DNA of 64,000 bases from Roseibacillus sp. (GTDB lineage: Bacteria > Verrucomicrobiota > Verrucomicrobiia > Verrucomicrobiales > Akkermansiaceae). The notes beneath the pieces were generated by a model. That model saw only the letters and a list, made by a program, of their open reading frames with translations, did not search any database and was not told the origin of the DNA. Shown here in pieces: positions 29,584-37,988 of this stretch. The stretch spans positions 1-64,000 of the forward strand of contig CBDEUM010000018.1 in assembly GCA_965242925.1 (NCBI GenBank), written 5' to 3'. A program made the translations under genes and the position numbers. Each line of letters opens with the position of its first letter. Within the stretch, counting starts at the first letter, position 1.

Positions 29584-29687
29584 TGCCCGGCGAGTTGCAA
29601 TCCCGCTTCCGCTCCCGGTTCACGGGTAGGATCACCAGAAAATGATCGCTGCTCGACGGAGGAGGCACAGTTCGTCAGATTGTCTCC

Positions 29688-30902
29688 ATGTTCCGGAGGA
29701 TTGGACCTCTTCTCTGTGCTCTGCCGTTGCTCCCTTATTCCGGACTCCGAGGAGCCGAAGAGGTGTCCCGGCTTCCCATTCCAGATAAACTGGTGGTGCT
29801 CACCTTTGATGACGGGAACAAGTCGGATTTGATTACCGTGGCTCCCCTTCTCAAGAAGTATGGATTCGGGGCCTCCTTCTTCATAACCTCCGGATGGCTG
29901 GGAAGTGAGCAGCGACTGACCTGGGCGGGGGCACGTCAACTGCAGGAGCAAGGTTTCGAGATCGGCTGCCATACCGTAAGCCATCCCAATCTGCTGCCTC
30001 TCACCGCCGAGGAAATCCGCCGGCAAATCAAGGGGTTTGATCGTGCCTGTGCTGAAAACCAGATCGCAAAACCGGTTTCCTTCTCCTACCCGGGCGGGCA
30101 CTTCGACCGGCGTGTTCTCGCCATTCTGCAGGATCTCGGCTACGCGATTGCCCGGAGGGGGAGGGATCCCGAACGCCCCCTGGACGACAAGGGGGGAAAC
30201 GGTCGGTCCTATGTCCCGGGAGACGATCACCCCTTCCTCATTCCGAGCACCATGACCCGCGGGATCGGAGCGCAGGAAGACGATCGCATCGTGCAGGCAC
30301 TGGCGGAGGCCCGTTCCGGGCGGGTCACCGTGCTCACCTATCACGGTGTCCCTGACGTCAATCGCCATTGCTCCACTCCTGTCGAGCGCTTCCGCAGGGA
30401 CATGGAATACCTCAAGAAATCGGGAGCCACCGTGATCGCTCTTCGAGATCTTTCCCGCTACGTCGATCTCGGCAGGCGGCCCGGGGATCCCTTTGCTCCG
30501 ATTGTCAGGCGATTGGGTCTGCGGGTCCAGGAGCCCGGGTGTGACAACTCGGGAGCTGTTCCGCAATTCAGCTGGCAGGCTCTCTCCAGTGGGTGGACAC
30601 AGGAACAGGTGGCCTATCGTCTTCTGGTGGCCAGCAGCAAGACCCTCCTTGATCGTGGCGAGGGCGACCTGTGGGACAGCGGAAAGGTCACGAGCACGGA
30701 ACGGAAGGTGATCTACGATGGCCCGACGCTCGCCGCAGGCCGGACCTGCTGGTGGAAAGTGCAACTCTGGAATCGGCGCGATTCGGCTGAGATTGCCAGG
30801 ATCACGCCCTATCAGTCGGAGGAAATGATCACCGAGTTGCACAAGTCGCGGTCCGGTCCGTTCAGCGAGGCCTCCTCCTTTACGGTTCGGCCCCGGCGCT
30901 GA
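29688..30902 (+). CDS. Exported polysaccharide deacetylase (CE4/NodB) fused to a rhamnosidase-type FN3/Ig domain
   Basis: LTFDDG, GCHTVSH, SYPGG, LTYH; C-terminal PQFSW..Q.AYRLLVASS..GDLWDSGKV..Y.G..L..WWKV..W. Confidence 0.85.
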   Translation: MFRRIGPLLCALPLLPYSGLRGAEEVSRLPIPDKLVVLTFDDGNKSDLITVAPLLKKYGFGASFFITSGWLGSEQRLTWAGARQLQEQGFEIGCHTVSHPNLLPLTAEEIRRQIKGFDRACAENQIAKPVSFSYPGGHFDRRVLAILQDLGYAIARRGRDPERPLDDKGGNGRSYVPGDDHPFLIPSTMTRGIGAQEDDRIVQALAEARSGRVTVLTYHGVPDVNRHCSTPVERFRRDMEYLKKSGATVIALRDLSRYVDLGRRPGDPFAPIVRRLGLRVQEPGCDNSGAVPQFSWQALSSGWTQEQVAYRLLVASSKTLLDRGEGDLWDSGKVTSTERKVIYDGPTLAAGRTCWWKVQLWNRRDSAEIARITPYQSEEMITELHKSRSGPFSEASSFTVRPRR

Positions 30903-31074
30903 ATCGGTGGCAGATGCCCCTGGGGCGGTATTTTAAGGTCCTTCTGTCCGGGCGGGAAGATCTCCCCGCCCGATTTGCGAGAGGGGGAGACGCCGGGATC
31001 TGCCAACCGGCAACGCTCTCCCGATATTTGGCTCTTCGAATTCCGGGGCAATATGAGAGAAACTCCCGGTAAGG

Positions 31075-32421
31075 ATGATCGGTAAATTGCTGAAACCCGT
31101 TCTGCTGGCAGCTGGAGTCCCGCTGGTTCTGGCCGAGCCGGAGGCGGTGGCCTTCGGTCGCCTCACTTACCATGGTTCGCCCAAGGCGCTCCCGGCGGGA
31201 GCTTCAACTGAGGACTGGCCGCGTTTCCTGGGACCCCGTCACGATCTGCATTCGAAGGAAACTGGATTGCTTCGACCGCTTCCGAAGGAGGGACTCAAGG
31301 CAGTGTGGGAAGTGAAGCGCGGTACGGGCCACGCCCCTCCGGTGGTGGCTGGTGAATACCTCGTGATGATCCATGCCCTGGACGGCAGGGAAGTGATTGA
31401 GTGTCTCCACCCCGAGACTGGAAGGCGTTACTGGAAGTTCGATTACCCGGTCAGGCTGGTTTCAAGCTTCGGGGTGGAAGATGCACCCCGTTCGGGACCG
31501 GTGATCGACGGTGATCTCGTGTTCGCGGTGGGCGTGCGTGGTGACCTGCACTGCCTCGATCTCAAGAGCGGGAATCTCGTCTGGAAAAAGAATCTGGAGG
31601 AGGATTACGGCCCCGCTCCCCTCTTTTTCGGGCGGGGAGGTTGTCCGCTGGTCCACGGAGACCAGCTCATCGTCAATGTGGGTGGCAGGATCTGTGTGGG
31701 CGGATTCAACAAACGGACCGGCAAGCTGCTCTGGAGCACCAAGTATAACTGGCATGCCAGCTATGCCTCCCCGGTTCCGGCCACCCTGCATGGCAAGGAG
31801 CGGGTTCTGGTGTTTGCCGGGGGGATGGTTGATCCTCCCACCGGGGGATTGCTCAGTATCGACCCCAAGAACGGCAAGGTGGACGATGCCTTCCCGTGGC
31901 GGGCACGCATGTTCGCTTCCGTGAATGCGGCTTCCCCTGTCCCGGTGGGCAACGCCGTGTTCGTGACCGAGAGCTACACCGAGGGGGGGGCCCTCGTTGA
32001 CTTCGAGGCGGATGGGAAGGCCAGATTGCGCTGGAAGGCTGAACGGTTCGGCAGCCAGTTCACGACTCCGGTGGCCCATGAGGGATACCTTTATGGAGTG
32101 AGTGGAACGGCGGGCACGGAAATCGTCTGTTACGAAATCAAGAGCGGTCGCGAAAGATGGCGGGACGGCATTGACATTCGGGGTGCTCGACTCGGACGGG
32201 CCGGGCTGCTTCATGTGGATGGTGCATTCCTATGCCTGGGGGCACAGGGAACCCTCCTCTGGCTCAACCTCTCTCCGAAGGGAGCAGTGATTCTCTCTCA
32301 GACACAGCTTTTCCGTGCTCCTGAGACCTGGGGAGTGCCCATCGTGAGTCGCGGACTGCTCTACGTGAACAGGAACTCCTTTGGTCCGCGGCTGGTCTGT
32401 TACGATCTCCGGGGGGAATAG
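31075..32421 (+). CDS. PQQ-like (BamB-type) beta-propeller protein
   Basis: DWPRFLGP, repeated G..[LV]W tryptophan-docking motifs, YASPV, C-terminal LVCYDL. Confidence 0.88.
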   Translation: MIGKLLKPVLLAAGVPLVLAEPEAVAFGRLTYHGSPKALPAGASTEDWPRFLGPRHDLHSKETGLLRPLPKEGLKAVWEVKRGTGHAPPVVAGEYLVMIHALDGREVIECLHPETGRRYWKFDYPVRLVSSFGVEDAPRSGPVIDGDLVFAVGVRGDLHCLDLKSGNLVWKKNLEEDYGPAPLFFGRGGCPLVHGDQLIVNVGGRICVGGFNKRTGKLLWSTKYNWHASYASPVPATLHGKERVLVFAGGMVDPPTGGLLSIDPKNGKVDDAFPWRARMFASVNAASPVPVGNAVFVTESYTEGGALVDFEADGKARLRWKAERFGSQFTTPVAHEGYLYGVSGTAGTEIVCYEIKSGRERWRDGIDIRGARLGRAGLLHVDGAFLCLGAQGTLLWLNLSPKGAVILSQTQLFRAPETWGVPIVSRGLLYVNRNSFGPRLVCYDLRGE

Positions 32422-32457
32422 AGGGCATTTCTCCCCGGTGCTTTCATGGACGTGGGA

Positions 32458-32485
32458 TTGAAAATCAGGGATTTTCGTGTAGGGT
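32458..32485 (+). promoter_or_regulatory. Sigma70-type promoter, probably leaderless
   Basis: TTGAAA (32458-63), 16 nt, TAGGGT (32480-85), 5 nt, ATG 32491. Confidence 0.5.
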
Positions 32486-32490
32486 CAGCC

Positions 32491-33159
32491 ATGCGCGTGC
32501 GATGTAACCGGTATCTGTCGATCGCGGTGACTCTGGTTGCTGCGGCGCTCATACTTAGCGCGACCGAAGGGTGCGCGCAGGCGGCCAGGATCAAGAAAGT
32601 TGAGTTCGACGAGGCAAGTCTGGAAGACCTGATTGATTTCCTGCGTGAAGGGGCTGCCGGGAAAACCCGGAACATCCTGGTTGATCCCAGGATGAAGAAG
32701 GAGATCAGGGTCACTCTTACGCTGCATGATGTGACGAAGGGAGTGGCCTTTGCCTACGCCGCCGAGCTCGGGGGATTCGACTACCGCGAGGAACGACACG
32801 CCATCCGGATCGTGCCCCGAAGCCCGAAGGCAACGGTTAAGGCCTTCCTCAAACGTGGAAACCCCATGACCCTGCGCCGAGCGTCGGAGATTGTGATGCC
32901 CAAGGTTGAATTTGATGAGGCTGAACTGCGCCAGGTCATCGACGACATTGCCACTGCGAGCCGACAATTGGATTCCAGGAAGAAAGGGATCAATGTTCTT
33001 CTCGGGCCGGGGGTGGATCCCTCCACGCCGGTAACATTCCAGCTCCAGAACGTTCCTGTCGCCGAGGTCCTGAAGTATGTGGCCGACTTCGCCCGGCTCG
33101 ACATCCGGACGGATGGCAATGCAGTAGTCCTTCTCAAGCGCAGGAAGGTGGCGCGGTAG
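32491..33159 (+). CDS. Exported protein made of two tandem secretin/TonB N-terminal (STN/N0)-like domains
   Basis: Signal peptide; internal duplication KVEFDEA.L...ID ... VT..L..V.....Y.A; no beta-barrel. Confidence 0.7.
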   Translation: MRVRCNRYLSIAVTLVAAALILSATEGCAQAARIKKVEFDEASLEDLIDFLREGAAGKTRNILVDPRMKKEIRVTLTLHDVTKGVAFAYAAELGGFDYREERHAIRIVPRSPKATVKAFLKRGNPMTLRRASEIVMPKVEFDEAELRQVIDDIATASRQLDSRKKGINVLLGPGVDPSTPVTFQLQNVPVAEVLKYVADFARLDIRTDGNAVVLLKRRKVAR

Positions 33160-33210
33160 CGTGCTCCAAACGTTTTCGTCCGGATCATGGGAGGAGGAGC
33201 GGACGCTCGG

Positions 33211-34173
33211 TCAGGGCCCGTTCCTGATCCCGGGATAACTCCGGCGAAAGGCCTTCAGCATGTGTTCACCGTAGAGGATGGGTTCGGTGGGGAGATCGCG
33301 GTAGGTATTCCGTTCGAAGGGCGGGAGGCGGGGGGCAGGCAGGGGCGTTACAACGGTGTCCAGGCTGGGCTCGAGGAAAAACGGAATGGAATATCTCGTG
33401 GAGCTGCCGCGAGGACTGCTCACCCGATGAGGCGTGGCCATGAAATAGTGTCCGGTCCAGATTTCCAGCATGTCGCCCAGATTGACTACCAGGCAATCGG
33501 GTTTCGGACCGGCTGCGATCCAGGTCCCGTCGGCGCAGCGCACTTCGAGTCCGCCCACTCCGTCCTGGGCCAGAATAGTGAGGCACCCAAAGTCAGTGTG
33601 TTCGCCAATTCCCTGCCGTTCGGGGGATCCCTGCGTCACCGGGGGGTAGGCGATGAGACGCAGCATGCAGTAGGAGGGATCAAAGTGCCGGGCAAAGGTG
33701 TCTTCTTCCAATTGCAGGGACAGGGCCAGCGTTCGCATGAGTTGTTCTCCGACGGTGCGAAGTTCTTCGAGGTAGGTTTCGCTCGCCTGCCGGAATTCCG
33801 GCCAGTCGGCGGGCCATTGGTTCGGGCCCTGCAGGACATGATAGTCCACTTCCGAATCGAGAAGGGGCGCTTCCAGACCGAGATCGAGGGTCTCCTTGTG
33901 ATCGGGGAATCCCTGAGTCTCTTCTTCGTCCAGGACTGAGTAGCCCCGATAGTGCGGGGAACGGTTGAGATGAATGGCATTCTTCTCCACCATCGGAAGA
34001 GTAAAATACTCCCGCGCGTAGTGGAACATGCTGGCGAGGGGGCCCGAGGCCAGCTGTGGATGACGCAGGTAGAAAAACCCGGTGAGGTGGCAGGTGGCGC
34101 GCAGGTGCTCCAGCAGCGAAGGGTCAGGCGAGGCGACATCCTGGTAGTTGAAGGTAGGAAGCCCTCCGTTCAT
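33211..34173 (-). CDS. 2-oxoglutarate/Fe(II) dioxygenase (IPNS-like, DIOX_N + 2OG-FeII_Oxy)
   Basis: GFFYL..., GPNQWP, HTD (HxD), VNLGDML, HRV, RYS. Confidence 0.92.
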   Translation of the reverse strand: MNGGLPTFNYQDVASPDPSLLEHLRATCHLTGFFYLRHPQLASGPLASMFHYAREYFTLPMVEKNAIHLNRSPHYRGYSVLDEEETQGFPDHKETLDLGLEAPLLDSEVDYHVLQGPNQWPADWPEFRQASETYLEELRTVGEQLMRTLALSLQLEEDTFARHFDPSYCMLRLIAYPPVTQGSPERQGIGEHTDFGCLTILAQDGVGGLEVRCADGTWIAAGPKPDCLVVNLGDMLEIWTGHYFMATPHRVSSPRGSSTRYSIPFFLEPSLDTVVTPLPAPRLPPFERNTYRDLPTEPILYGEHMLKAFRRSYPGIRNGP

Positions 34174-34242
34174 GCGCAGGAATTATCGAAAGTCTCTCAT
34201 GACAGTCACGCGGAATTACAAGGCGTTCTCATGCAATCGCGC

Positions 34243-34277
34243 AAAAAAAATCGCCCGGTTTCTAACGAACCGGTCGA
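34243..34277 (-). terminator. Intrinsic (rho-independent) terminator after the DUF1549-DUF1501 operon
   Basis: Minus strand TCG-A-CCGGTT / loop / AACCGG-G-CGA followed by 8 T, about 35 nt after stop 34311. Confidence 0.75.
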
Positions 34278-34310
34278 GTATGAATTGAGGCCGGGCATTT
34301 CCTGGATGCT

Positions 34311-35594
34311 CTAGGCGGAACCGAAGGCCTCCTTGATGATCTTGCCACGGTTGCCCACGAAGAAGGGGCGTCCGCCCATGGCGTGGATCCGCTTCTCGAC
34401 CGGGAGGCCGAGGGCGTAGGCGATGGTGGTGTGGAGATCTTTCGGTTCGTAGGCTTCAGTCTGGATATTGCTGGCCACCTCGTCGGTCTTGCCGATGACC
34501 TGACCTCCTTTTACGCCGCCGCCAGCCATCATGATGGAAAAGGCCTTGGGGAAATGATCGCGTCCGCCACGACCGTTGATCCTTGGAGTCCGGCCGAACT
34601 CGGTGGTCAGAACCACCATGGTCTCGTCCAGCATGCCCTGGGAGGAGAGGTCCTGCAGGAGGGCAGCTATGGGGCCGTCCATGGCATTGGTTCGGTTGGC
34701 TGCCGTCCCGGCATTGCCATGCTGGCCGTCCCAACCGCCGAGTTGAACTTCGACGTAACGCACGTTGTTTTGGATGAGGCGACGGGCCAGGAGGAGACCA
34801 CGGGCGAACCGCGAGTTCCCATAGAGATTCTTCACGCTGTCAGACTCCTTGTTGATGTCGAAGAGCTCGGTGGTCTTGCTGTCAAAGAGCTTGACGGTCT
34901 CTTCGTAGAAGTCGGCGTAGGATTTCACGTCGTCATGCGGGAAACCCTTGGCGAAGGACTCGCGGAAGGTCTCGGCATACTTGAGACGGCGCTCGAACTG
35001 GGTCTTGTTGATCTTGGGAAGGAGATCCTTGATTCCGCGGTTGGGATCTCCGATGGGAAGGGGGCTGTGGTCAGGCCGGAAGAAGCCAGGTCCGGGGTTG
35101 CCCCCGCCCACCACAATGCTGTCGGGGACGAGCTTGCTGCGCCTTCCCAGGAAGTGCTGGGCCCAGGAACCCATCTGCGGGTGGGAGGTCCCCGGCCGGC
35201 GGGCGTAGCCGGTGTGCATGAGGTAGTTGCCCCCGCCATGGTCGCCGGTCTTGGTGGTCATGCTGCGTACTACCGCAAACTTGTCAGCCTGTTTGCCGAG
35301 CTGTGGAAGCATGTTGGAGAGTTGCACGCCGTCCACGTTGGTGCCGGCAGGCCGTGAGGGACCTGCGATCCCGCCGGTGGTCTTGGGGTCGAAGGTATCG
35401 ACATGGGTCATGCCTCCCGCCATGTAGAGGAAGATGACGTTCTTGGCGGTGGCGTGCGCGGCCGGCTTGATGACCTGGGACTCTGCCGCTGCGGCGAGCC
35501 CCGGGAGGATGGTTACACCGAGAGTAGAGGCTGCGGCTCCGGTCAGGAAACTGCGGCGGTCCAGTTCATCGAGTTGGTGGATAATATCTTTCAT
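34311..35594 (-). CDS. DUF1501 family protein, Tat-exported
   Basis: DRRSFL Tat motif; AKNVIFLYMAGGMTHVDTFDPK, GGWD, TEFGRTP, GRDHF. Start moved to ATG 35594. Confidence 0.92.
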   Translation of the reverse strand: MKDIIHQLDELDRRSFLTGAAASTLGVTILPGLAAAAESQVIKPAAHATAKNVIFLYMAGGMTHVDTFDPKTTGGIAGPSRPAGTNVDGVQLSNMLPQLGKQADKFAVVRSMTTKTGDHGGGNYLMHTGYARRPGTSHPQMGSWAQHFLGRRSKLVPDSIVVGGGNPGPGFFRPDHSPLPIGDPNRGIKDLLPKINKTQFERRLKYAETFRESFAKGFPHDDVKSYADFYEETVKLFDSKTTELFDINKESDSVKNLYGNSRFARGLLLARRLIQNNVRYVEVQLGGWDGQHGNAGTAANRTNAMDGPIAALLQDLSSQGMLDETMVVLTTEFGRTPRINGRGGRDHFPKAFSIMMAGGGVKGGQVIGKTDEVASNIQTEAYEPKDLHTTIAYALGLPVEKRIHAMGGRPFFVGNRGKIIKEAFGSA

Positions 35595-35625
35595 GGCAAC
35601 ATGATGGAAGTATGCTGGGGTTGGC

Positions 35626-37770
35626 TTATTTGATGAATAAAAACTCAGGAGTGTTGAGGAGAGCCCAGATGAGATCAGAGAAAACCTCTGGTCCACCCGC
35701 ACGTAATTCGCGATCAAGCAGGTGCTGTTCGCTACCGATGGCGCGGCGGCTCAGGATGCTCATAAAGGTCACATCGGCCTTCTCGAAGTTCGAGCGGAGG
35801 TTCTTCATCTCCAGGAAGATCCTGGATCCCGGTTGGGTGAGGATCTCGGTGGCGTAGCCGTTCATGAGTTCCATGACCTGGGGGACGGACCCATCCAGCG
35901 AGCTGGCATTGATGACAAAGGTGCGGTCAGATTGGCCGAATTTACTGAGGAAGTGAGCCGGATCGGAAGGCTGGGGGAGTTCCGAGGCGCGGGCGAGGAG
36001 GAGTTTCCGCTTCTTGGCTGCTTCCATGAAGGCCATCATCATCTCCTCGTCGGTAGGGCCGGTGGGCTTCCGGCTGAGGGCGTTCTGCCCGAAGGGCTTC
36101 TCTCCCTTGGGGGGCTTGGCATTTACGATGGAGACGCCTTTGGCATTAACGAGGCTCTGCACCGGTTTGAACTTGTTGTATTCGTCGACCCGGGTCACGA
36201 ACTCCTTGGGAGATCCCGGCGCTTGCGAGGTGTTGATAAGCCGGTTGTAACGATCTCCCGAATCAAGGCGGAACTGGTTCGGGTCTTCCACCATGAGAGT
36301 GATCAGGGAGTCCCATACCTGCTCGGAACTCATCCGGCGGAGAAGCGGTCCCGGGAAGTAGTAGGGTTTGGTGACATTGACCTTCTTGCGCGTGGCCAGA
36401 CGGTTGTAGGCCTTGGTGTTCACGATCGCCCAGGCGAAGGCCTTGAGATCGAAGTCAAGAGCTGCCATCTCCTCGGTGAGGACTTTGAGAAGATCGGCGT
36501 TAAGGGAGTCCTTCGGATTGATGTCATGGAGAGGTTCGACCGCTCCGCGCCCCATGTAGCGGGCCCACATCCGGTTGGCGATGTTCATGGCAAAACGCTC
36601 GTTCTTCGCCGAGGTGAGCCAGACCGCCAGGCGCTGGCGCGGGTTGAGGGCCGCGGCAGCTGTCCCGTTCTCTTTTCCAAAGAGAATCCAAGGTTTGACC
36701 TTGTCGCGTGGGAAGCCGTCCTCGTACTGGTAATTGTTGGGGAGCCTCATGGAGCGATCGGCCACAGTGTGGACAGCCAACTCGCTGGCGCGGCTCATGT
36801 CCTGGAGCGAGCGTTGGTAACGACCGACGGTATTGTTGATCGTACGCTTCTGTTCCTCGTTCTTGGGATCGAGCTTCTGAGTAGCGGCGATGTAGGCCTC
36901 CAGTTCCTTCTTTTTCGGCATCTGGGCCTTCTGGGACTTGCCTTTCGTTTCAAGGTCCGCGAGGTAGGCGGAAAACTCGTAGTACTGGTACTGGGTCCAG
37001 TCACTGAAGGGGTCGTCGTGGCACTGCGCACAGGTGATGTTGGTGCCGAGGAAAACCTTGCCCATGAAAGCCACGTGGTCGAGTTTCATCCCGTTGTCGC
37101 GGAGGTGATAGCCCACCGCAGGGTTGTCCCAGATGCGCCCTTCGGCGGTCACCATCTCACGCACCAGTTCGTCCCAGGGCGTGTTGGTATGGATCTGCTC
37201 CTTTAGCCAGTAGATGAAGGAGTCATTGCGGAGCACCGTGCCGGGGAAGGTGGTCTTGATGCGCAAAAGCTCGGCGAGGTGATTGTAGTTGTGGCTGGCA
37301 TAGTCCCATGACCTGAGGAGTTTGATCACCAGTTCCTGTCGTTTGTTCGTGTCGCGCGAGTTGAGGAACTCCTTGGCCTCATCGTAGTTCGGGATACGTC
37401 CGGCCAGATCAAGGTAGACCCGGCGCAGGTACATGTGGTCATTGAGGTTTTCGTTGTAATTCAGTTTCTGCTTCTCCAGACCGGCATCCACCGCGGCATC
37501 AATACGCTTCACCGCGAGAGCGACGAGGTCGGCCTTTCCGGTCATGGTACGCTTCCGGACGAACTCCTGATCCGCCTTGGAGAGAACCTTGAGCGGGACA
37601 CTCACCGCTTTCCTGTCCTTATCCAAGAGGATCCTGACCGAACCGTTCCTCAATTCCAGGAAGCGACCCTTGATGGGCTGGCCGGTGGAATTGATCCAGG
37701 TCCGCGCGGAGGCGGCCTGAAAGGAAAGCAGGGCCACGAGGCTCAGAACGGGGAGAATTCGCAAATACAT
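35626..37770 (-). CDS. SHD1 + DUF1549 + DUF1553 domain protein
   Basis: Signal peptide; RTW....G..I.G...VPL..LS.ADQ.FV (SHD1-like); LRRVYLDLAGRIP; CAQCH; NIANRMW..MGRG; RRMSSEQVWDS. Confidence 0.88.
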   Translation of the reverse strand: MYLRILPVLSLVALLSFQAASARTWINSTGQPIKGRFLELRNGSVRILLDKDRKAVSVPLKVLSKADQEFVRKRTMTGKADLVALAVKRIDAAVDAGLEKQKLNYNENLNDHMYLRRVYLDLAGRIPNYDEAKEFLNSRDTNKRQELVIKLLRSWDYASHNYNHLAELLRIKTTFPGTVLRNDSFIYWLKEQIHTNTPWDELVREMVTAEGRIWDNPAVGYHLRDNGMKLDHVAFMGKVFLGTNITCAQCHDDPFSDWTQYQYYEFSAYLADLETKGKSQKAQMPKKKELEAYIAATQKLDPKNEEQKRTINNTVGRYQRSLQDMSRASELAVHTVADRSMRLPNNYQYEDGFPRDKVKPWILFGKENGTAAAALNPRQRLAVWLTSAKNERFAMNIANRMWARYMGRGAVEPLHDINPKDSLNADLLKVLTEEMAALDFDLKAFAWAIVNTKAYNRLATRKKVNVTKPYYFPGPLLRRMSSEQVWDSLITLMVEDPNQFRLDSGDRYNRLINTSQAPGSPKEFVTRVDEYNKFKPVQSLVNAKGVSIVNAKPPKGEKPFGQNALSRKPTGPTDEEMMMAFMEAAKKRKLLLARASELPQPSDPAHFLSKFGQSDRTFVINASSLDGSVPQVMELMNGYATEILTQPGSRIFLEMKNLRSNFEKADVTFMSILSRRAIGSEQHLLDRELRAGGPEVFSDLIWALLNTPEFLFIK

Positions 37771-37988
37771 GGGAACAATTGACACCCGGCGGTTGAAACG
37801 GAACTCATGGTAAATACGCGTTTTGGGGTCCTCTGTCTATCCGATTGCTGGTAGATTCATGCGCCTCTGGATGCCCATTCCCCCCAAACAGGAGGATTCA
37901 AGGTCTGAGGTTACCTCAAAATGGGCAGGGAACGGGGCGGAGATCTCATTATCCGCGGGCCATTGTGGGGCCCCGGGGAGTTTGGCTC

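Noticed and set aside
33211..34173. IPNS-like oxygenase as a marker of a beta-lactam or other biosynthetic cluster
   Set aside because: It is a stand-alone gene after a terminator, with no NRPS/PKS or tailoring genes nearby; the family is broad.
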